From the NCBI GenBank assembly GCA_965649825.1, contig OZ287694.1:1859197-1923196 (forward strand): 64,000 nt of DNA, in the 5' to 3' direction. A program made the position numbers and the translations under genes. The notes under the pieces were generated by a model. The model saw only the letters and a program-made list of their open reading frames with translations, was not told where the DNA came from and made no database searches. Shown in pieces: positions 56,901 to 64,000 of the stretch (its first letter is position 1; every line of letters begins with the position of its first letter). The stretch is from Penicillus capitatus (Eukaryota > Plantae > Chlorophyta).

Positions 56901-58969
56901 GCGCACGTACACTGACTGCTAAGTTGTAGAGTGATATGCCTTGCGTCACTCGGTTCTTCATTTCTCGTTCTAGAACGAGAAATGAAGAACAGGGTACAGT
57001 TAATTACACTTACGACTAAATAACTGTTTTGGGAGCTGCTGGATCTGACACTCATCTTACTTCTTTGCTTGGCAATAGTACTTACCGCCAGACTGATCTA
57101 CTATGTTGGGAATTCGGGACGACATGCACAGTTGGATATCCCTATCGTGCTTAAAAGAGTGTTGCCTTCTTGGGTAATGCTTAGTCGGATGACAAATCAC
57201 AGCAGCTTCCTTCCTGTCCAATTGATAGTCGGCCACCGATGCTTCCTCTGTTAATGTCGCAGATGTCTTTACGTCGGCGATGGCAGAAGACACTGCCCGG
57301 TCTCATAATCAGTATCGCTGTTCAAGTCATGATTTCAATAGGGAGCCCGGTCGATGGCATCTGTTATCTTCGACATTTGGCTACGTGTCTCACCTGTAAG
57401 AAGACAGTATTTTGTTTGGTTCTGTGAGTCTGCATCTCCACGTTAGCCAGGCCAGCCGATCTCAATGGCCGATAAGAGGTCTGGATGTGAACGTAATCTT
57501 AGATAGCCATTGAAGACTTAATCATGGTCTTCAAAACCATTTGTTAATTTGGGTTAGAGACTAAGGGTCTGTGGCTACAAAGTCTGTCTCCCTTCAATCT
57601 CGAAGTAATCATGTCGCACAATAGATAGGCTGTCTAGTTCGAAAAATAATATCAAAGGTATTGACACATCGGAGCGATAGGACGACACAGAGATTGGCTG
57701 TCTTAAGTTCAAGGTCGGTAGAGCGCGACACGGGAACAGCAGAAAACAAGTTCCTCTCGCACCTTGTTTTCCAAAGCGCATCCATCTCTAAACGTTCTGT
57801 TTGCCTGTCTACGATAACAGGTTCAAGATAATCTAGGGTTCGACAATACAGGTATGTATGAAGAGACAAAGTATAGTGTGCGCTTTCCAATACTTTATCC
57901 TCGTTATCTCGGAACATCAACGCCGCTGCCTTCGCTGCCACTTTCTTCAGAAGGATGTGTCGGAGTGTCAAAGCAAGGATAGATTACCTGCCGATCCGAA
58001 GCCTGTTGTTCAGAGATGCATCGGATCTCGATTCCGTGTCCAATCCCATCCATCGAAGAATCTCACCCTTCTAATTCTCCGTGTATCGACATACACTGAC
58101 TGCTCAGGCGGCCGTGACACTTCTCCATTTGGGGTACGATCTTTCGACACCTCCCACGTCAGAACGCAACTCTCTCGGTCAAAATCTAAACCTGAATACT
58201 CGATGCGAGCGGATGCCGATTGCGGTTTGCAGAACACTGAGACGCTTGAAGTGACCGCTGTCATAACAGCTTGATGACGGGAAGGAAAAGAGACAAAGAC
58301 GACATCACACGACAACGAAAGGATAAGAGATCGCATCTCTCTAAAGAGAGTTTTACGGCAATCGTTCATTGCTCCGTCGAGATTCCCATAAGACAACAAG
58401 TGCGACGATCATGCGAGAAGAGAGGATGATGAGATGACGAATCCTTCAAACAGTTTGGATCTACACATCAGTCAAAACGGTTGTCTCCTTAAATACCTGT
58501 GTTGCTTGATGTTCTAGTTAAGTATAACAGACTCCTCTAATACTCAAGGCCGCGAGATCTTTACTCTCTCCATCTGAAGCGCAATAGCTCGTAGAGTCTT
58601 GATCAGCCAAAGGAAGATGGAGTTGTCGCGGCGGCATCGCAGGGATACACTTTTCAGACTCCCATCACATTACATACACTACCAATTAAGAATTCACGTC
58701 GTTCTTTCGTTTCATTCCCGAGTAACTAGTGGAAATCTATGCGTTGTTTGAACAATGATGCATTCAGAAAGCGATGAAATGAATGGTTACTAGAAATCCC
58801 ATTGGGAAGCGCTTCTGCAGCCATCGACAACAGAGAAAGGAGTGCAAAAATATCATCGGACATGTCAGCAGCAGCTTCCCGTTAAACAGGCCTCTTGGTA
58901 AAGGGCAACATAGCGAGAGGGAAGATGTCGTTGCAAAGCAGATTAGTGTGTATGCTTAGCAGCAATCGC

Positions 58970-61557
58970 TTACGTCAAAGAAGGCTCAGGACTGGCGAGC
59001 TTTTGAAGGATCTGGTCGATAGCGGTTTTCATATCACTCATAGTCTCATCCATCTTGCGCATCTCACCCATGGTCTCCTCCATCTTGCGCAGTCTGTCGA
59101 ACACTGCGATCAACTCGTTCTTCGTATTTTGACGAATCTCTGAATAAAGCATCGTCGACTGAGAAACAAAGACTATAGTCTCGGGTACTGGGCTAACCGC
59201 CAAGAGCTTTGTTGTTCTTTCCAGCTTCGAACCTGATTGTTTTTTTGATTGCGGCAAGTTTGCCATGCCATTCCTCGTTCAAAGATCCTTCTTCAACGCC
59301 TTCAGGAACGAGGAAATGAAAGTACGTGCCCTCGATCTTGTCAAGTTCCGTGTTCTTGCGACGTATCACCCACAGTACAGTCTTGTATATCCATGGGGTG
59401 CAGAATTCGCCACAGATTTCCGACTCTACACACCTAAATATCAAAACAAACCCAAATCTGTGAGGCATTTTAATCGTCTGAGTGGTTTTACCACTTAACA
59501 AACCATCCAACCATGGCACAGTCGAATACCGCTTGCAGTCGGTACATCGTCTGTTCACCTATCTCTTTTGACCGAACTCTGTCGTGGGTGTCGGTCAGGA
59601 TGGAAATCAGCAAACTCATGAGTGCGATAGGCCCGATGTAGACGAAAGAATTGAAGAGCAAAGCCCTCCAGACTGTAAGAAAGTCACTGGACGGGCGAAG
59701 CATCTGCATCAGGTAATCTCAGTCAGAGAGGCCAAGAAATGCTGTCTGCTGACAGAGCTCACCTCGGGTTCAAAGTTCCCGAGCCCTGTGTGGAACAGTG
59801 TCTCTAGCGCATGTGGAAAGGTATTGAAGTTTTCTCCATCGCCATCGCCATCGCCCATGTTAAAAAGAACCATGAAAGCTGCAGAATACCCAATCGTCAG
59901 TAACAAGCCCATCATCGCGAACGGCAGCGAGTCGTTCATTGCATAGCCCACCATCGAAACGAAGGGTCCAAATCGACCGAAAGGTCGAAGGGTCCGGAAG
60001 AACTGATCAACAACCATCGCACGACGACAGCGCAGGAGAAGGATCTTTAGGAGAAACTTACCACGACCCAGCAGAGGATGCATCCAACAGATGTTGTGAA
60101 GGCAGCAAAGGTGGTGCAATGGTAAGTGTTGTATGTGTGTGCAAAGAGCACGACGTCGATGATGAGCATAACGACCCTAGGTACAAACGTCAAGGATGTA
60201 TGAATTGGGGATACTTGCTTAACTGCCTTACCTTAGCAGTGAAAAGGAACAAAGAATTCCCAGTAGATTCGCAAAGCATGACACCGCTATGAGTGTTATG
60301 ACAGTTCCACGACTGACTGGCTCGGCATCGGCATCGTCTTTATGGCTGTATAGGATGGCGAAGACCGTGAATGCCACGGCAACCACGACATCCAGCAGGA
60401 CACCCATCAAGTAGAAGTTGCGATAGAAGCCATAGAACCAGTCAACAAGGGCTCGTGCTGTCTCCGACGTAGAGATTTTCGCTCCTTCTGTCGCGCCGAG
60501 AAGATGATACTTCACGATATTGAAACCCGATCCTCTACGCAAAAGCACTCGATTCAGCTGAACAGCATCAGGAACATACTCCGTTTCTAATAGCGCCCAG
60601 AAATCGTCATTAGCGATGCAATTGAATTTTGCAACTGCTTTGATCTGCTCGCCTTCGGTGTCTGACAATCTCTGCCCGTATTTGCTTTTCTGGATCCAGA
60701 GGTCCTTTGCCGCACGGTTATCCATTGTCCAGCTTTCCAGATGATGATCCGTAGACATCGCAATTGGTGTTCTTGCATTTCTGCCGAACAGAGTTTTCGG
60801 CACTTTGAACCTGGCGTACTCGATTGCGAATCTGTCTTTCTTAATGTAGTCGTATGTAATCTCATGGACGTCGGACATGAGAGAAATATAATGATGCTGT
60901 AGGAGTTTGACTGTCTCTACCAGTGTCGCATATTTTCCTGCGAGCATGTCCAGAACGAACCTGACATGGACGTCAGATCCGTTGTCGATGGCTCTGCTCA
61001 AAAGATCTCCGCTTTCGCATTCGAACGTCACAGGAATCCCATTGCTCTTCGCATAATCGAGGAGTGAACTCGCGCAGTCAAGTCGGCCGCTCTTCACGGC
61101 ATCGTAGAAAATTGGATCGCCTTCTGCGTCAACGGCATCGACAATGCGAGTCCCGTGTTCGGAAATGAGTCTATCCAGTTCACAAGACCGTTAACGAACC
61201 ATACAGAGCACGAAGCGATGCTTACTGTCTGGTGTCCTCCAACGTCCACTCCGACGGAGGCTCGAGGAACCACTCTCTCCTCTCGCCGGAGGCCGAGTCG
61301 CCGCCATCTGCAGTAGCACGCAACCGTCACCTCCGTGACGGAGATTAGAAAGCGGGACGGGAAGTCCACGCACCGTTTGCCGTCTCCTCTTTCGGCTGTT
61401 TTCTACTGTCTTCAGTGCTCGTCGAGAGTTTCGGCTCTTGACGTGGTGCACCATTCTGCTGAAGTTGAGATGAAGACGCTTCCTTTGAGGAATTCATGTG
61501 CTCGACTGGTAATAAGCTTTCCATTTCTTCGGCAATCTCTTGAGGGGCTGAAGACAT
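58970..61557 (-). CDS. TRP-like cation channel D (paralog of C)
   Basis: ATG 61557 (MSSAPQEIAEE); introns at the same positions as in C; pore FNTFPHALETLFHTGLGNFE; S6 LMSLLISILTDTHDRV; stop 58970-58972. Confidence 0.75.
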
Positions 61558-62378
61558 TTTGCTTTCTCGTCTGTCGGTCTGTCTGAGAAAACGTGTCGTC
61601 AAGTGCGAGAAAAGACGAACAATGAACGCGTTCCGTCGATGAGTCTGACGGACGACGCGGCATCCGTTTATTCGCCATCATCTCATGTGTACGGCCATTA
61701 CTTCATGTGCCAAGATCACTTTGCTTGCTAGTTATTCTCTTGTTACGCTAACGGAATCTCCCTGCGTCTGAATCTTTAGAAAGTCGTTCGCCGAGCAACC
61801 ACGCCGCGCGAGACTGTTCCGCTGTGTCTCGCGTGCGATCTTCGCTCGTCAAGGAGCACAACGCGTTGCCTTTGTGCGAGGTAATGCCCTCCTACTGTGT
61901 CTAACGTCTTGAGGGATGTCAGAAGGCCGCGACGGTCGTAGCCAATGCTACAACAGCTGATTCCCTGCGTCTCTGTCTGCCACATATCTCCTGGCCGATG
62001 GTCCTGGCCATGCGGCTGTGTGCGGTGACCAACCTCTCCCTGAGGACTCTGCTCTCCGTTTACTAAACTGACAGCAGTTCCGCTGCCGTCGTCTTGCAGA
62101 GGCGGGAGACGAATGCAGCCTCTTAGACCAAGGCGTGGGGAAGACATCGAAAAGTGCGGCGCTCTGTCCTACAAACACCTTCTCGTAAGCGACGTGCAAA
62201 AAGGAGGTGGTCTACGTAGGTCTCGACGATGAGAAGAAGCGACTGCTCTTCTTCCATAAAGGTCGAGCCACTGCGAAGAGTCTGAAGATTCCTGGCAGCA
62301 CGTTGGAGAATCGTTTTCGAATCCAAACTATTGCGGAATAGTGTAATGTCGGGATCTACGCTCATTCGAAGAAGTCTA
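61504..62378. repeat. Copy of block 13011-13878
   Basis: Direct alignment by eye. Confidence 0.9.
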
Positions 62379-63299
62379 CCATCCCCATCCATCCCTGTGG
62401 ACACGATTGATCTGGCACTCCAGAAAGGTACTGTCTTTGTTTTATGGAGAAACCATCATGCACTAATATTTCCATCCACCTGCCTCCTCATCTTGTCAGG
62501 CTATGTCTCTTCGTATCCATCTCTCTTTTGAATTCCAGCGGCTTCGGCGAATCGCTGACATACACGGTACACGATATTGGCGTATGATCGAAACAGGCTG
62601 TTCTCTGTGCACACGGCATTTCCAACTGTCGAAAGAGAACAAGTCACCTGACAGCAGTGATCATCACACGTTGGGGGTGTCGCTGTCAGATGCGATTCCA
62701 CTGTCTTGACATCCAGGAACCGTCCAGCCGGTGACAGGTAAACGCTGCAAGGTCCAGGTTGTCAGAAGGTCTTTCCTCTGCCCTGGAATCTTCTTTGTCG
62801 TCACGTCTTCGACGCTGTTCAGTCGATGGTGCCGATGTGGATGTTCAAACAACACAAGTGGCTGTTTCTGTGAGATTAGGAAGAATCAGATCTCTATGTG
62901 ATGGATCGTCTGTGGATGTACAAAGTGAGAATGTGTGGAACTAGTGTCTACATCCAAGATCTGACATATGTGAAATGGCTCGATCTTACCCCGGCTTTAT
63001 AGCTGGGCCAATCCATCTTCACATAACTAACTCTCTACGAAGTGCAGAAGACATGGATGCTGCGCTCTTACACAGTTCGGAGACCGACATGTGCAATTCT
63101 CGCAATCGCTGCCGTATCTGGCAGACTTCTTCGCTCTTTAAGCACTTGCCATAAAGATGGAAACATCTTAACATGGAAGCATCGACAGGTTACTGACAAG
63201 ACAAACTGCTACAGGTCCAAAAGAGAAGCAGGTAAGTTTCAAATGCCCGGATGCTGTCCGTCATGGATCAGGAAGGACGACTCGGTGGTGAAGACCTGT

Positions 63300-64000
63300 T
63301 TAGGTCATCGGGTACATATCGGACGCCTTCTCATCCACTACTTCATCGTCTGCTTCTGAAGTGTACTTGAGATGACCGGAGAAGATTGTAATCGGACCAT
63401 ACTTCCCAACAGCTTCCTGGACTTTAAAATGCGAGCCCGGATAGACGTCGACCTTTACTCTTTCCGAACGACTCTGATGAAACGCGCTTCGTTCCACCGT
63501 CGACCAATCGAAATGAATACTGCTGCTGATCTTGAGCTGAAAAATTCTTCCGAAACCTGCTGACGCACTTACAGACGTAGAGAAAGACCCCGCTCTCGTC
63601 GACTCTCTTTCCAGATTCGTGCCTCTTGCGTATTCCAATTCGACTCCTATTATCGATTTGCCAGCCTTGTTGTCAAACTCCGTGATGGTGACCCACTTAT
63701 CAGACGCTTCCCATTCTTTGTCGCCTTCTTTCCACCCGACAAATCGATTGCGGCCTTGAGTCTTTGATTTCCAGCTACCGCAGTAGAGCACACTGTTGGT
63801 CCAAAGGAAAATAAAATGGTACGGCGCCCTGGCTCTGCGAATCATGAGATTGTCGTTATTCTCGTCGAGATAAAGATGGAAACGTTCCCAGGTGTGGATC
63901 TCTCCCCTTCCTTCGACATCGCCTTCGTCTTCGCAACACAACCATTGCTGAGTTTTGGTGTTTTTGATAGCAAAGACTCCATCGTCGACTATATAAAGTT
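63300..64000 (-). CDS. Second copy of the secreted fascin/beta-PFT-like gene (5' part runs beyond the window)
   Basis: Nearly identical to 22861-23561 (offset 40439). The one coding change noticed is KTRGRN vs KTQGRN. The 3' flank from ~63009 is also near-identical. Confidence 0.7.
   Translation of the reverse strand, partial: LYIVDDGVFAIKNTKTQQWLCCEDEGDVEGRGEIHTWERFHLYLDENNDNLMIRRARAPYHFIFLWTNSVLYCGSWKSKTQGRNRFVGWKEGDKEWEASDKWVTITEFDNKAGKSIIGVELEYARGTNLERESTRAGSFSTSVSASAGFGRIFQLKISSSIHFDWSTVERSAFHQSRSERVKVDVYPGSHFKVQEAVGKYGPITIFSGHLKYTSEADDEVVDEKASDMYPMT

Noticed and set aside
1-64000. Prokaryotic defence island (NACHT/Avs-like) interpretation
   Set aside because: Conserved spliceosomal introns, TATA/CCAAT promoters and a Ty3/gypsy element show that this is eukaryotic nuclear DNA.

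Overview
Eukaryotic nuclear DNA with many 45-75 nt spliceosomal introns, TATA/CCAAT promoters and an LTR retrotransposon. The compact introns plus TRP-type channels fit an alga or protist (inference; host not identified). The window is a mosaic of segmental duplications. It contains: (1) two NLR-like genes (orphan ~500-aa helical N-terminus + NACHT + 37-aa HEAT repeats, 8 and 14 units) and a 3' fragment of a third; (2) two convergent pairs of ankyrin/6-TM TRP-like channel genes, one interrupted in a coding exon by an intact Ty3/gypsy element with apparently identical 340-bp LTRs and a GTTAT target-site duplication; (3) two near-identical genes for a secreted fascin-like beta-trefoil + putative beta-pore-forming protein, plus a relic. 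The most striking unannotated structure is a ~2.1-kb non-coding cassette at 24415-26526. A symmetric TATA/CCAAT bidirectional promoter points into two divergent, highly structured arms that end in self-cleaving ribozyme motifs: an HDV-like ribozyme followed 12 nt later by a type I hammerhead on the minus arm, and two hammerhead cores on the plus arm. Hairpin-bearing minisatellites and an orphan duplicated gene family lie nearby. All folds, alignments and family calls were made by eye; no database searches were run.
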